Shown here: piece by piece, positions 11,273 to 23,170 of the stretch
How the letters are laid out: every line of letters starts with the position of its first letter
How positions within the stretch are numbered: the stretch's first letter is position 1
NCBI RefSeq assembly: GCF_902459465.1
Contig: NC_047072.1
Coordinates: 15,167,776-15,231,775, forward strand
DNA length: 64,000 nt
Direction: 5' to 3'
DNA from: Asterias rubens
Taxonomy: Eukaryota
Notes under the pieces: model-generated
The model's input: only the letters and a program-made list of their open reading frames with translations
What the model was told of the DNA's origin: nothing
Database searches by the model: none
Program-made: the position numbers and the translations under genes

Positions 11273-14187
11273 CCTGTTTTGTCAGTATCTTTGTTTGAAA
11301 TTATGCACATAATATTATTCACAAATACATGACATTCACAAGAATTTGTTTTAGACTCCCAGCTAGAGTTCTTTGTTATTGCAAGGTGTACTAAATTATT
11401 AAAAACAGCAGACCGTGCCCAAACACAAAATGGTTTTTGTTTACCAAGGCAGCAAATTACTACATAGCCTTTGTTCTCAAATTGTGCGTGCATGATTTAT
11501 AAGCAACATGGTTAAAGAGTCTTGCACACACTTATTTATAACTGATAACTTATAACACACAAATTTATAAAGTGGTTGGATATATGTACATTATCTTGAA
11601 CATGCAAGCCAATTGAATTTCAAAAAGGGAAAAGTTTGTTCTTATTTCTTCTGCCTTTAAAGCTTGATGCTCACATTGTTTAAAAGACAGCATTAAATAA
11701 AAGCAAAATATTTTTTTTGGCTTTTATAAATGTTGTATTTCTTTACATCAATCATTCAGAAAGGAGCAAACTTGTAAGAGAATTAACATTATCAAATTGA
11801 GTGAACTTCTTACATGATCTTTCAAAGTAAGGTAGGTGATTGCCAAGGTATGTGAGTGCAAACAAGAGAGAAATAAGATACTGCTATTCCTTGAAAAGTG
11901 TTCTTCAAATAAAGAAAGTGGGGGTAGAATGCGATGAGGAAGAAAAGAAACAGCTAGGATGGAAGTCTGGGAATGAAACATGTCCGAAAACAGAGCAAAC
12001 TAGAGCAAGCATTGCAGCCTTAGGGACCACTCAGCCCTATGAGGGGTACATGTGTAGGTGAAGATGAAGTGGAACACCTTTCTGGTTTATGTCAATATAC
12101 ACAAATTTGAGGCACTCTATCTGCAAATGCATTCGATGACTAAACATTTCTAAAGTGTTGGTTCTAAGGCATTAATTCCCAATTCAAATAGGTGTAACAG
12201 CCTCATGTTTCAATCCTGTATTTTACAGTCTATAATAGAAACAAGCATCGTTTTCAAAGACAGTTATATTCCAGAGGATTAATTGATAAATTGTATCATT
12301 CCTTATTCATATTATTCATCATAATCTCTTTTCTCACTATGATTTCAAAAAAACTCATCAAATTCATATTGCATTGTGAGCGTGTTGTGGCAGAGCAATA
12401 TAGCGCACCAGAGTCGAGCTCTGTGGTTCTGATCAGCAGAGTGTGGGTTCAAGTCCTGCTCTTTACCATGTAGGTTCCATGTTCGTTCTTGACTTCTAGG
12501 AAAGAGAAGGGGTTTTGCCCAGCTGTTTTTGGCATGATTAGCTCTATGGATTGTGCTGCATCACTTTGTAAAACCCTACAAGGTCCCATGTGAATGGATC
12601 TCATAAGTCTTTAAGAAACCATAAAAAAATGCTCTGAGACACAAGCTTTAGTTAAAGCGCAGTATAGAACAAACTCAAATTAACAAATCCGTAGCAATTT
12701 TGATGCAAATGGAGCCCTCTGTCTTGTTAGTATGAAACATTATACTCCTGTGTACATTCTAAAAACAATGAAGTTTCTTTTAATTGTACACAATAAAATT
12801 TAGATAATGTGTTTGACAGCTAAAGGGGAGTCATCACAGTGTTCAAAATAGCTCCCCACTGTTTCCTACAGATGACTACAATGATATCTGCAACTCATTC
12901 AAGCACAAAACATTTCATACAGTGTACAAATAAATTGGAAGACATTTAACAAATAAAAGATTCCCAAAGCATGATAGAGGCATTTGATAAACTACCAGCC
13001 AAAGATACAAAACTGTCAATAAACTAAACCGCCATCTGACCCAGCAGAATGAAATTGATGATTAAAATTAAATACATTGCGATTTAACTGCAGAACTCTC
13101 CATAAAATTAAATGAAAGCAATTCAGAAAAAAAAATTCCTCCACTTTAATTACAAAATGATTTTAAAGTGAATTGGCAAACTTGCTGTATTTTTGTTATC
13201 ACCTAAACCACTATTCTCCCAATACACAGGCATGACGGGAGGATGGAGGGTTAGAATAAATGCCACTAATTGTAGAAGGCTCATTAACTACATGTACATG
13301 TACATGTGCTACTGGTTGCCCAAGAGGATTTTTAATTACATGTAAGGAAATATAGCCTTACATTAATCAAACAGCAACCTAAACAAGTGGACAGGATAAA
13401 TTGTTTTGTAAATTTGTTGGGAAAATTTTGTAAGGTGTAGGAATGCCTGCATCTAGTCAAAAATCACTTTACAGCGTGAATTTTCTGAAACAATTTAGAG
13501 TTCACTGAGAGTACAAAGAGTTTCAGAACAAATTCATTTTAAAATTGCTCCCGTTCTTGTTTTTAAATGCTTAATACAAAACTACACCTTGTTATATTTC
13601 CACTTTATACTGTTACATTACACTTTTCACGATTTCTTCGGTCCACACTTTACATCACTTGCATCAAATTTCTAGGTCAAAAAGCTTTCAGTGTAGCTCG
13701 AGCAAATGGTCTGGAACAATCTGACTACTGTCATAAGGAAATCTGCAACGGTAGTACGAAAGACTCGCCTTTTTCAATGTTAATTTCTTTCTCAAGTGCT
13801 ATGACCTTGATGAATTAGCGCCTTATAAATTTGAATTGTTATGTTATTTTGTGTCAAGCCTAACTTAGACGAGGTCCTGCTTCAAAAAGATCTGTAGGCG
13901 CACAATCATGACAGGCAAACATCTTCCAATAGGCTTGACTTCATTATTACTGTGAATAAAAGGTTTGTAGAGACGATAGTAGATTAAATCTTATAGTTCT
14001 AGTCTAGTCAAAATCCCTGTACTTGTTCATTTTTATAATGCTGGTTACTTTTAAGTGCACACCAAAAAGGGGGCGTTTAGTAAACAAATTATATTAAATA
14101 ACAGTTCTTTCCTCCATTTAACGTGAGAGATTGGAATACAGAATCAATTGTGAAAGACTTTCACTTTACTATTAAATATCTTTGGGT

Positions 14188-14232
14188 TTATGTGCCATCG
14201 CTCAACCAACTGAGCTTTCTACTATCCAGCCC
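14188..14232 (-). mobile_element. tRNA-derived SINE fragment
   Basis: The reverse complement gives gggctggatagtagaaagctcagttggttgagcgatggcac, a tRNA 5' half. Confidence 0.45.
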
Positions 14233-14635
14233 TATGTTGGCAATCTCCCTATTGTTCAGGTTGCAAATCATCAGAAGCCATGTGACCTGTAACTGCCATG
14301 AAAGGTCCGGCAACGAGCTACACCACTCATCCCAGATGTGAAGCATCTAAACTATTTTTGTATTTTTCTATTTATTTATTTAGTTATTTGTTTATTTACT
14401 CATTAAATTGTTTATTTACATATTTTTGATGGATTTTTTCTTTTCTCTTTATAGATTTGGTCACTTAATTTTAATTTGCATTCTACTTGGATATTTATTT
14501 ACATTATTTAAGTGTTTAGGAATTTCTCTTTTTTTGTTTGATGTTAATTTGTTTTTTTACATTGTGCAAAGTTTCTCAAATTTTACACTCCTAAAACTGG
14601 TTCTAATCTCACATAGTCCATGTTTTATATTATTA

Positions 14636-14806
14636 CGACGGATGGTTCTGCGACGGTTGTTCAGATAAACGTTGTCGTTTTCACTTCAGCACAACGAAGA
14701 TTCATCCCAAATACTGTCGTAGAAATTGAGGGACGACCGTCCTCAAAGCCGACGCATGCGCAGATGACGCCAAATGTCATCTTTACCGTCGCAGAACCAT
14801 CCGTCG
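14636..14806. mobile_element. MITE, 171 bp, with perfect 21-bp terminal inverted repeats CGACGGATGGTTCTGCGACGG
   Basis: The left TIR at 14636-14656 and the right TIR at 14786-14806 are exact reverse complements. The interior has no ORF. Confidence 0.7.
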
Positions 14807-15940
14807 TCGAAACCAAAAGTCCCTAATGAACAACCTCCTCGGCCAATGGACAACCTCCTTTTGACCTCTAGGTGAGGGCGCCCTACTGAAATGACGTCAT
14901 TTGCATTAGGTCTATTGAGCTAAACACTAAAAACAGCTAAACAGGGAAACTGAACCAAATAGAAAAAATAGGTAAAACTAAAAAATGAAATAAGCAATAT
15001 TTACACAGTTAATTTATCTCAAGAAACATCAGCAGATTGGACCAAATATAGAATAACAGTAAAGTAGATATATTACCTTTCAGGAAATGCAACAGATCAT
15101 CAAAAATCACAAAGTTGCTGACATTTTTTCAGTAGAAATTGAGTTAAATGTCGACACACCTCGCTAACTTCCCTGAGAAGTTGTTGAGAAGAAATGCATT
15201 TAATAAACAGTCTGTGCCTGTGAAAAAAGGGTTAAGAATTATATGCAACTCTATGAGGAAAAGACACACGATCGCAATTTTATGCATTCTTTTAGGACTG
15301 GGTGCCAAACTAGCAAACATGACAAAGAGGGCGCCCTAACCAAAACGCGGTCTTTAAAACAAAAATTTAAACTTCATTCAGTCTGCTGTGGTGTTTGATA
15401 CCGCCACAGAATCTCAAAAATACTTCCCTTCTACTTTTGTAGTGAATGTTAGTGATTAACTTTGATTTTATTTGTAAACTCTTTTTTTTGTAACAAAAAG
15501 TTTATTTAATTACTTAATCAACTAATTTAAATATATAAATTTGAACAAACTACTTGTGTTGCCTAACTAAGGCTAAACTTGTCTAGTTCTAATTACGGAT
15601 CAACACAAATAACAGGCGTAACGTAATGTCTAAAATATACCACAAGAGTTTTACTTTTTAATACCCAAACCCTAGCTTTTCAGCATTGTGCTTCCTGCTC
15701 CCACTAGTTTGAACTATTCCCTGTTGTAGTTCTGACTTGTACACAAACTTGGCTTTGGCTGTTGGACTGTCACTGTGCCTGTCAGTGTCAGTGAGAGACA
15801 TGCAAGGTAAGGAAAATGCTTGCCCTTGCCTTGGCCTTGCCTTGGCCTTGCCCTTGCTTGACTTCTTGAGTCAATGCCTAGCCCTGGGCAGACGGCCTAA
15901 CACTTTCGTTTTGTACTACAGTGACGTCCTGGATATCAGG

Positions 15941-16402
15941 GTCCATTTCTGGGGCGGAAAATTTTCACAGCTTCATAACTCAAATCTTACCTGCAACAAG
16001 CCACTAATTTCAACAGATTCACACTCCATCCCCCATGGCAGCAAATATTTTTCTGCGGTGGGTTTTGATCGCCATATATTCTTCATATAAATCCGTCATT
16101 TTCATGAAATAATGCAGCTCCCAACGTTAAGAAATTCAATTTTGTTTTCGTACTCTCACAGTGCCGTGTGTATGCAAGACGCACGACGCGCAAATATTGC
16201 GTTTGCGTTTGCGTGTTTACGCTGTGCAGTCAAGATAATGGTGACCAAGAATTCATGAGAATGCGTCTTGCATCATGCGTCTTGCACGCGAATGTATACG
16301 CGTACGCACGGCAACAGACAACACTGTGAGAAAATTAGTGGCTTGTTGCAGGTAAGATTTAAGTTATGAAGCTGTGAAATTTTTCCGCCCCAGAAACGGG
16401 CC
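15941..16402. mobile_element. Foldback/MITE-like element with terminal inverted repeats of about 70 bp
   Basis: 15941-16010 (ccatttctggggcggaaaattttcacagcttcataactcaaatcttacctgcaacaagccactaattt) is the inverted complement of 16330-16402. The interior carries further nested inverted repeats (gcaagacgcacgacgcg.../...cgcgtacgcacggc). Confidence 0.6.
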
Positions 16403-16500
16403 TCAATAGTTAGGACTCTGTTCCTGTGTACAGAGAAAGAGTCCTATATAGGGCTAAATCAATGCCTTGATGATGCCGTGTAATTATATGGTGCAGATCT

Positions 16501-17349
16501 AGTTGCGATAACGTAATCTCCTGCCGACGTCGTAGCCGGAGGCCTGGCGGTCGTCGGCATGGTTGGGGGGGAGGAGGGTTACGTTATAATCGCAACTATA
16601 TCAGATCATGATTCATGTATAAAAAATGTCGTAATAGTGTGTCAACTTAACCACATTAATTTTGGTGCAGACTTCTTTAATATCCTGATAAAAAAAACTC
16701 TAATCTAATATTAATAAACAGTAAAAATCAGTATTGGCCCAATCAAAACATGTGTGTAACAATAAAAAATGAACAGCATGCATCAAAACAACATCCACAT
16801 CGATTAATTAGTTATAATGAATTGGGCAATTGTTGCTAATTTAATTCTGCCAATCGAGCTCGCTGATTGCAAACACTCGACCATTGTTCGAGGTAGTGGC
16901 TGGGTTTATTACCGCCACCTACTTTTTGACGTGTATACTTACAATACTAAGGCCATGTCTGAATTGGCGGCTACAGATATGCATTGAGGTATAGGTCGTC
17001 CAATAGTTGTAGCTACACATATGCATTGAGGTATAGGTCGTCCAATAGTTGTAGCTACAGGGATGCGTTGAGGTATAGGTCGTCCAATAGTTGTAGCTAC
17101 AGATATGCGTTGAGGTATAGGTCGTCCAATAGTTGTAGCTACAGATATGCGTTGAGGTATAGGTCGTCCAATAGTTGTAGCTACAGATATGCGCTGAGGT
17201 ATAGGTCGTCCAATAGTTGTAGCTACAGATATGCATTGAGGTATAGGTCGTCCAATAGTTGTAGCCATAGTACATGTAGTTGCGATAACGTAACCCTCCT
17301 CCCGACGGCGTAGCTTCACCATCAGGATGAGGGTTACGTTATCGCAACT
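16501..17349. mobile_element. Composite repeat: two palindromic hairpin modules (16501-16606 and 17277-17349) flanking a 6 x 60-bp tandem array (16922-17277)
   Basis: Both ends begin 'agttgcgataacgtaa(t/c)c.cc' and end 'gggttacgtta(ta)atcgcaact', so each is a hairpin. The internal unit aggtataggtcgtccaatagttgtagctacagatatgc(a/g)ttg is repeated six times. The element lies about 165 bp upstream of the PARP4 start codon. Confidence 0.6.
16922..17277. repeat. 60-bp tandem repeat x6
   Basis: The unit ...gaggtataggtcgtccaatagttgtagctacagatatgcgtt... produces nested repeat ORFs on both strands. Confidence 0.85.
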
Positions 17350-17513
17350 AATGACCTTGCTGATGTCATTAAATGTGGTTTTGAAGTCAACGCCAAGAAC
17401 AGATATTGATTCAGCTAGAAGAAGAAGTCACTGAAGGGTTCTGTGGGTGCACAGGAAAATTTAGACAACCATGGGTAATTTTCTGCGCTTCATTTATGAT
17501 TTTTTTTTTGCAG

Positions 17514-17645
17514 ATGGGTTTGTTCAGTCAGCATCAGTTTGTTCTGGATTTAGACTGTACTCAATTCCCTTATAAGAAAAAACAACAACTCAGGAAGGCA
17601 GTCACTGATAATGGAGGAGTCATCTCATATATCCTCACCAAGAAG
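17514..17645 (+). CDS. PARP4: PARP4 exon 1: MGLFSQHQFVLDLDCTQFPYKKKQQLRKAVTDNGGVISYILTKK (BRCT N-terminal half)
   Basis: ATG at 17514, preceded by ttttttttgcAG (possible 5'UTR splice). Donor GTAAGA at 17646. Matches human MVMGIFANCIFCLKVKYLPQQQKKKLQTDIKENGGKFSFSLNPQ. The in-frame upstream ATG at 17406 is an alternative start. Confidence 0.75.
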
Positions 17646-18061
17646 GTAAGATTAGGGTAATATCTTATTGAGCTCTTGTGAAGAGCTTAAGGGGACCCAC
17701 AACGACTCTGACCCATCATAGGTTGAATGATACATGTGGAGAGAAAATGATGAAGAAATGCCAGTTTGATTAGTTTCGTGGGAGGAAAACCAAACAAAAG
17801 TAGGACTATAAAATATACTTTGTGCTGAGATTAAGAAACAGTCGTTTACAGATTAAATATACTCATATTTTTACAATTATTTGTTGATGCACCTGTGTAC
17901 ATTATATGGAATGGGCGCAATATAAATGAATAAATTATTATTAAATGGATAAATTATAATTTGTTAAGGAAAGGGGGATGGAAACTTCTTATTACTTTGT
18001 ACGCATTGCATTGACTGTATTTAAAGCTGAACCTTTTCCCACAATCTTATTGTCTTTGCAG

Positions 18062-18260
18062 ACATCCTTCTTAGTTGCCAGCAATGGAGCCAAGACAGCT
18101 GACTCTTATAAAGGCCGCACTGCCCAGAAGCAAGGGGTTCCCATTGTTGGAGTCAGCTTTATAGAGAAATGTGTAGAGGAGGGACGCTTGCTGGACAAAG
18201 ATGACTTCCTATTGGTTGGCACTACTGCAAACATGCAGTTTGGCTCAGGCAAAATCACAA
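18062..18260 (+). CDS. PARP4: PARP4 exon 2: TSFLVASNGAKTADSYKGRTAQKQGVPIVGVSFIEKCVEEGRLLDKDDFLLVGTTANMQFGSGKIT (BRCT)
   Basis: Acceptor tgtctttgcAG, donor GTGAGA. Matches human 'CTHIILDNADVL...IANPDFIWKSIREKRLLDVKNY'. Confidence 0.85.
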
Positions 18261-18415
18261 GTGAGAAACACTGCTCCAAATTATTATCTTAAATACTGTA
18301 ACAACTGATATCTGTTGAATACTTGAGAATTTTGTTTGGTCGAACTGTCAAAGTTGTATCTCATCAGTTTGGCTTTTCTAATCTTTGTTACTGGTTTTAT
18401 TTCATCAATCAACAG

Positions 18416-18482
18416 CAACCAAGATGCATCATGAAACAAAGAAGCCGGTCAAAATATCCTTTTTCAACATCAACAAGTTCAA
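18416..18482 (+). CDS. PARP4: PARP4 exon 3: (T)TKMHHETKKPVKISFFNINKF
   Basis: Acceptor caatcaacAG, donor GTGAGT. Phase 1 in, phase 2 out. Supported by phase consistency only, with weak homology. Confidence 0.55.
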
Positions 18483-18755
18483 GTGAGTATGCTTGTCTTT
18501 GATTAACACTTAACCAAACTTGTTTAAATAAAACAAATTATTTGATTTAACTAAGAGAGTTTTGCAGTAACATCATGTGAAAATCTATTTTTAATTGTGT
18601 TGGCTCTGAAAAAAAGGTTACTAACACTAATAAAAGAAATATTCACATGGTGTTACTGCAAACCTCTCTTAGTCATTCTTTCACCATGCAAAGTTTCAAA
18701 TCCTACTTATTTTATTAAGATATTTATTGATGCTGATTTTCAATTTATTGCTTAG

Positions 18756-18834
18756 GGTCTGGCAGTGGGGAAACATCAATTCGCCAGCTTTCCTTGAGGA
18801 CAACTATGAAGTGGCTAAAAGTGTTCTTTTTGAG
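18756..18834 (+). CDS. PARP4: PARP4 exon 4: (K)VWQWGNINSPAFLEDNYEVAKSVLFE
   Basis: Acceptor ttattgcttAG, donor GTAAAT. Similar to human 'LPQDFEVAKYNTLEK'. Confidence 0.65.
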
Positions 18835-19232
18835 GTAAATTAAATATGAAGTAATTTACATCCAAATAATTTTATACAATTAGATATCTAACTTCTTAAT
18901 CAAGACTATGCTCTCTGACAATTAGAATAATTCTACAGACAAACAATTACAGTGGAATGGAGTATGTCTTGTTTTGGCCAAAATGTGCAAAACAGTTTAA
19001 ATTAATACTTGCACTTTTGCTTTATTTGTCATTAACCAGTGAGATCAGGGTTGGCAGACCCCTTCCTCAGACACCCTCCCCCTCCCCCTCAAAAAATGAA
19101 ACAAAAATATGCAAAAATAAATGGCTTGATACATTAACTAGCCTTCTTAGATGATGTCTTTACACAGCTCGCTCCCCCCCCCCCCCAACCAAGTGAAAAT
19201 GGTTATACCACTGTAATTTATGTTGTTTCCAG

Positions 19233-19391
19233 AAGAAAGAAGTCCGAAGCCAAGAGAGATCTTTCTACCAGCTTGAGTTACATGTCATTCCTGATGATGT
19301 GTTTGATGGAACTTCAACAGAAATTTACAACGATGAATTGAAGTATAGATTCAGGGTGTTCATCCATAGAGGGGATCTACATGATGTGATG
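19233..19391 (+). CDS. PARP4: PARP4 exon 5: KKEVRSQERSFYQLELHVIPDDVFDGTSTEIYNDELKYRFRVFIHRGDLHDVM
   Basis: Acceptor tgttgtttccAG, donor GTAGGT. Phase 0 in and out. Confidence 0.65.
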
Positions 19392-19675
19392 GTAGGTAGC
19401 TTTAATGCAACACGCCCATGAGGTCCATAAGACCATAGCCAGGTGGCTGGGGGGGTCCTGAACCTACCTGAACCTCTCTCAGCATGTGTCTTCTTAATCC
19501 CAGAAACAAATGTTCTCCCTCTCTGCTGGGATCATGTCCCAGTTGGGTTTGAAAAGTGTGGTTAAAAATATTGCTACGGAAGGGTGGCAGCTAATACATG
19601 TAATAGGCAAAAAACTCAAGTGTGTTGGTGTTTCCCAGAGTGTTAACATATTTTAGGTAACTGTAAGGGCACAAG

Positions 19676-19762
19676 TGTCATGACTGGGTATCGAACCCAA
19701 ACTCTAATGCTGACAACACCAAAGCTTGGATCTGGTGAACTATACCACTCGGCCGTATCATT
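19676..19762 (-). mobile_element. tRNA-like SINE module in a PARP4 intron
   Basis: The reverse complement, GGCCGAGTGGTATAGTTCACCAGATCCAAGCTTTGGTGTTGTCAGCATTAGAGTTTGGGTTCGATACCCAGTCATG, has a T-arm GGGTTCGATACCC. A related piece is at 30650-30700. Confidence 0.45.
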
Positions 19763-19807
19763 GTTGAGATTAAGACATAATCTATGTCAATGTTTTTTTT
19801 TATATAG

Positions 19808-19957
19808 AATGAGGATTCCGGCATTCGAGAAGTCATGTATTGTGAGTCAAGTGAGTCTGCAGTGGAGTTATATAGCTTTCTTTATAACCAGCGTCTCAAA
19901 ATGAAAAGGAGTAAGAGGCCAGCATCAAGATGGATTGGATCTCCACGATACAGACAG
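19808..19957 (+). CDS. PARP4: PARP4 exon 6: NEDSGIREVMYCESSESAVELYSFLYNQRLKMKRSKRPASRWIGSPRYRQ
   Basis: Acceptor tttttttttatatAG, donor GTGATT. Similar to human 'SEDASEYFENYIEELKKQGF'. Confidence 0.65.
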
Positions 19958-20543
19958 GTGATTTAAGATTTCATTCTTATCAAGATGTATGTTGCTGGGG
20001 GGGGGGGGGGCCTTGGGGAGGCACCTACTAAAACAAATATTGTTGGTTTTGTTTTGTTTTTTACTTATTTTCTTTTACAAGAATGGCAATCTTGCCATGC
20101 AAGTGCCCTATGGCTATTGCTAAAACCGCACAAAAAGTGCGGAGATTTTCAAAAGCAATAAAGTGAGTGAAGATACACTATCCTCTAAGCCTGTCCTTGG
20201 GTACCATGGACACCACTTTTGAGATGAGTTCAGTTTTTTCAATTTAAGAACATCACAGTCCGGGTTTAGTTTTTTGGCTGCATTTTGATCTTCCAGAGCC
20301 TTTGAATATTTTGAAAACCACAAAGAGGCTGAAAATGCCTGATTCATTGATATTGGTACATGTAGATCAAGCAAGGCTTATCAACTGGAGGATGAAGGTT
20401 TTCCCCCCTGTTCTATTTCATGCTCATCCAAAAATATGCTTATTTTAAGCTCAACTGAAAAAGGGAAGAGAGTGACCCCATTTGGCTATTTAGAGGTAGA
20501 CTTAAGCCTAAACCACATTTGTTCTTACTTATTTTTTATTTAG

Positions 20544-20684
20544 AATCAACTAGCAATTTCAGGAGATTGTGACGGAGAGATGAGCCCAGAAGTTGCTTCA
20601 CTTGTGGAAGGTTTATGGAAGGAGGTCATAGGTGAACTAGAAGATGTCTTAGCGGTAGACATCAAGACTCTGTCTGCTGAAAAG
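20544..20684 (+). CDS. PARP4: PARP4 exon 7: NQLAISGDCDGEMSPEVASLVEGLWKEVIGELEDVLAVDIKTLSAEK
   Basis: Acceptor ttttttatttAG, donor GTTCGT. Matches human 'LSQEVSDLVEMIWAEALGHLEHML...ISLNDVSKAE'. Confidence 0.75.
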
Positions 20685-21434
20685 GTTCGTCAGTGACATC
20701 AAGGGAGAAAAGAAATGTAGACAATTATAGCTTAGAGTAGAGAAGTCTGTTGTAATTCTAATGGGTTTGATTTGCAGTATGAAAAGTTTAATTCAAGTAT
20801 TTTGTTATATAGTTTTACTTATACCATTGCCTATTCAATTGTGAGGAATTCCACCTTGCTACTTTCAGTGACCAACTTGTTCACTTTTTGACAATATTAC
20901 CACCTTGGTGTGAAGATATGACATAAAGGAAATACATACTATTTGAAATGTTATTTTCATGTTATGAGCCTTTTTCTTGACTTCTATGTTTCAAGAAGTC
21001 GTATTTTGGATATGTTTAGATGGAATTATCGCACAGTTGCTGTAGGACTGTACCATTGTCAGTGGGCAGGTTGCATAAAATTTGCTTCAGTCATCAATTT
21101 GAATGTTTTCTAGGTCTCTCTGTTTGTCAGCCAGGGAAAACACTGTCGTAAACCACATATCAATCTTTCTGTTGGAAGAGATAGAGGCTCAGAAAAGAGT
21201 TTAAAGAAACATTCTCAAAGTTTGGTTCAAATGTTCTCATTTAGCTGGCTGTCTATTTTCCAATGTTCATCTAACTTACTTGTCACATATCATTACATGT
21301 AGGTACAGTCAGTCATTGGTTTCTTAAAATGCTTGAATTAATGTGTGCAAACCTCTGCAATTCCAGCAGTTGACATCAACATTTTCAAGACCTTATCCCC
21401 TGCATTATTAAAATTATATTAATTTATGTAACAG

Positions 21435-21629
21435 GTGACTAAAGCAGAGAGCATTCTTCTACAAATCAAGAAAGCACTGGATGCTGAGGACACTGATGAT
21501 GAGAGTGGATCTGAGTCAGACATTCAAGAACTGAGTCAGGAATTCTACAGTCAGATACCACACAAGATACATCATAAAGAAGACTTCAAGACAAAGAGTG
21601 TAATCGCTAAGAAGCAAGACCTCTGCCAG
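21435..21629 (+). CDS. PARP4: PARP4 exon 8: VTKAESILLQIKKALDAEDTDDESGSESDIQELSQEFYSQIPHKIHHKEDFKTKSVIAKKQDLCQ (PARP alpha-helical/regulatory)
   Basis: Acceptor tgtaacAG, donor GTAATA. Strong match to human 'VSKAEGILLLVKAALKNGETAEQLQKMMTEFYRLIPHKGTMPKEVNLGLLAKKADLCQ'. Confidence 0.9.
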
Positions 21630-21952
21630 GTAATACAAATTACCATTAATTGCTACTCTCCACCTGATAATACAAGTGAGGACATATGCGGTTATTACGT
21701 CATCATGAGAAGCATAAAACCAAGCTGTAAATTATGGGCGCTGAAAGTTTACCTCTTGGCCAGACAATTTTGAGAAGGAAGTTTAATCGAAACCAAAAGA
21801 CAATCTAAACTTAAAAAGACTTTGCCTACCAACAACAAAAATCTCAGATTTGTGGCATTTCGAATACTTTAAATGCTTTTGTTACTTTGTTTTTGATGGT
21901 TAATAAGAAGTGTAATTTTAGTTTTAATTTTTTATTGAATGTTTCTCTATAG

Positions 21953-22110
21953 CTTATTAAAGACATTGTAAGTGTGAGTGAGACAACCAACTGGTCGAAG
22001 CGAAGCAGTGTACAGTCCAAGTATAGAGCCCTGCGGTGTCACATCAGTTGCCTTCCTGTCAATCATCCTGAATGCAACGACATTAAGAACTTAATACTCT
22101 CTACACAAGG
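21953..22110 (+). CDS. PARP4: PARP4 exon 9: LIKDIVSVSETTNWSKRSSVQSKYRALRCHISCLPVNHPECNDIKNLILSTQ
   Basis: Acceptor gtttctctatAG, donor GTTAGT. Matches human 'LIRDMVNVCETNLSKP...KYRALRCKIEHVEQNTEEF'. Confidence 0.85.
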
Positions 22111-22705
22111 GTTAGTCTTTGGCTTTTACTTTGCAGGAAAGTTCACTCATTGGAAGCTTCTCCAACATTGGGCACATTCTGTGCAATACCTTATGTTCCT
22201 ATAGGCATATGGAACATGCTAGCAATCCAGAAAAGCACCAGAATGCTGAGCATGTAGCATTGTGCAAAACTTCAGGAACAAAAATGACCTTGAATACTTA
22301 ACCGTTTTGTTTAGAACGCTCCTACCATTCAGACTTTAGAGAACACTCCCTGACTGCAAAGTTAATAAACTATTCTTAACTTCTAAAACTAAAATGTGTC
22401 AAATTTACAGTTGCTTTTTTCTGCTGACCAGGGCCTTGACTTAAACACATTAATATTTGAAACCTCTTGTAGGCCAACTTTTAGTTTAGTTTTTCTCCAA
22501 AATGATTTAACCCTCACACATTATAGCGAACCTTTTCATCATAATCTTAGTATTTGGAAGTTGGCTGCTATGCAGTTGTAATGTTTTGTCTGCCCTAATT
22601 GGATTGCATGTGATAAATGGTTTCTTGAAAATAACTCAATTATTGTTAAAAATCTTCCAATAACTTTCAGTATTCTCATTTTGAAATTGATTTCCCTCCC
22701 CATAG

Positions 22706-22846
22706 GAAGATCTGGCCAGTTAAGATTTTGAACATTTTTGCTGTGACCCGCCCTCTGGAGTTGACTAGCTACAACACTAAGCTTCATAATAGTCAACTGC
22801 TGTTCCATGCATCAAGACCAGCTAACTTTGTTGGTATTCTGTCTCG
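22706..22846 (+). CDS. PARP4: PARP4 exon 10: (G)KIWPVKILNIFAVTRPLELTSYNTKLHNSQLLFHASRPANFVGILS(R) (start of catalytic domain; HGS-type motif reads H-A-S)
   Basis: Acceptor ccctccccatAG, donor GTAAGT. Matches human 'VDVLQIFRVGRVNETTEF...PLLHGSPVQNIVGILCRG'. Confidence 0.85.
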
Positions 22847-23089
22847 GTAAGTTAGTTATCCGTATATTTGTTAATACATGTAAATGATCTCATTTTACTC
22901 CAAGTGATGTGACAGAGTGGTCTAATACCCCAGACTCTAGCCCCGGTGTTGTCAGAGTTGGAGTTGGAGTCCTGGTCACGGTGGGTCATTGAGCGAGACA
23001 CTTCACCCTAAATGCTTCATCCCACGGATGGGACATAAATGACATGTAGCAGCACACATGGGCATGGCTTCTTGGACCAGAGTGGCTAT

Positions 23090-23094
<5 letters not shown>

Positions 23095-23120
<26 letters not shown>

Positions 23121-23130
23121 GCAAATGGAT
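23095..23130. repeat. (AG)n microsatellite
   Basis: agagagagag... about 18 units. Confidence 0.9.
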
Positions 23131-23170
23131 GTTTTATGAGAGGGGCTTTGACCAATAGGTGGACAAACTG

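Noticed and set aside
12291-12473. 60-aa ORF overlapping a tRNA-like sequence (12378-12470)
   Set aside because: The ORF is AT-rich nonsense. The tRNA-like segment (…GGTTCAAGTCCTGCTC…) is another SINE-type fragment.
16919-17322. ORFs encoding 'YNYWTTYTS…' and 'ATTIGRPIPQ…' repeats
   Set aside because: They are generated by the 60-bp x6 tandem repeat. Both strands are open only because the unit is a multiple of 3.
17406-17513. Upstream in-frame ATG extending PARP4 by 36 aa (MIQLEEEVTEGFCGCTGKFRQPWVIFCASFMIFFLQ)
   Set aside because: The human protein begins at the equivalent of 17514 (MVMGIF…). ATG 17514 directly follows a strong acceptor-like tttttttttgcAG, suggesting the 5'UTR is spliced here. 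It is kept only as an alternative.
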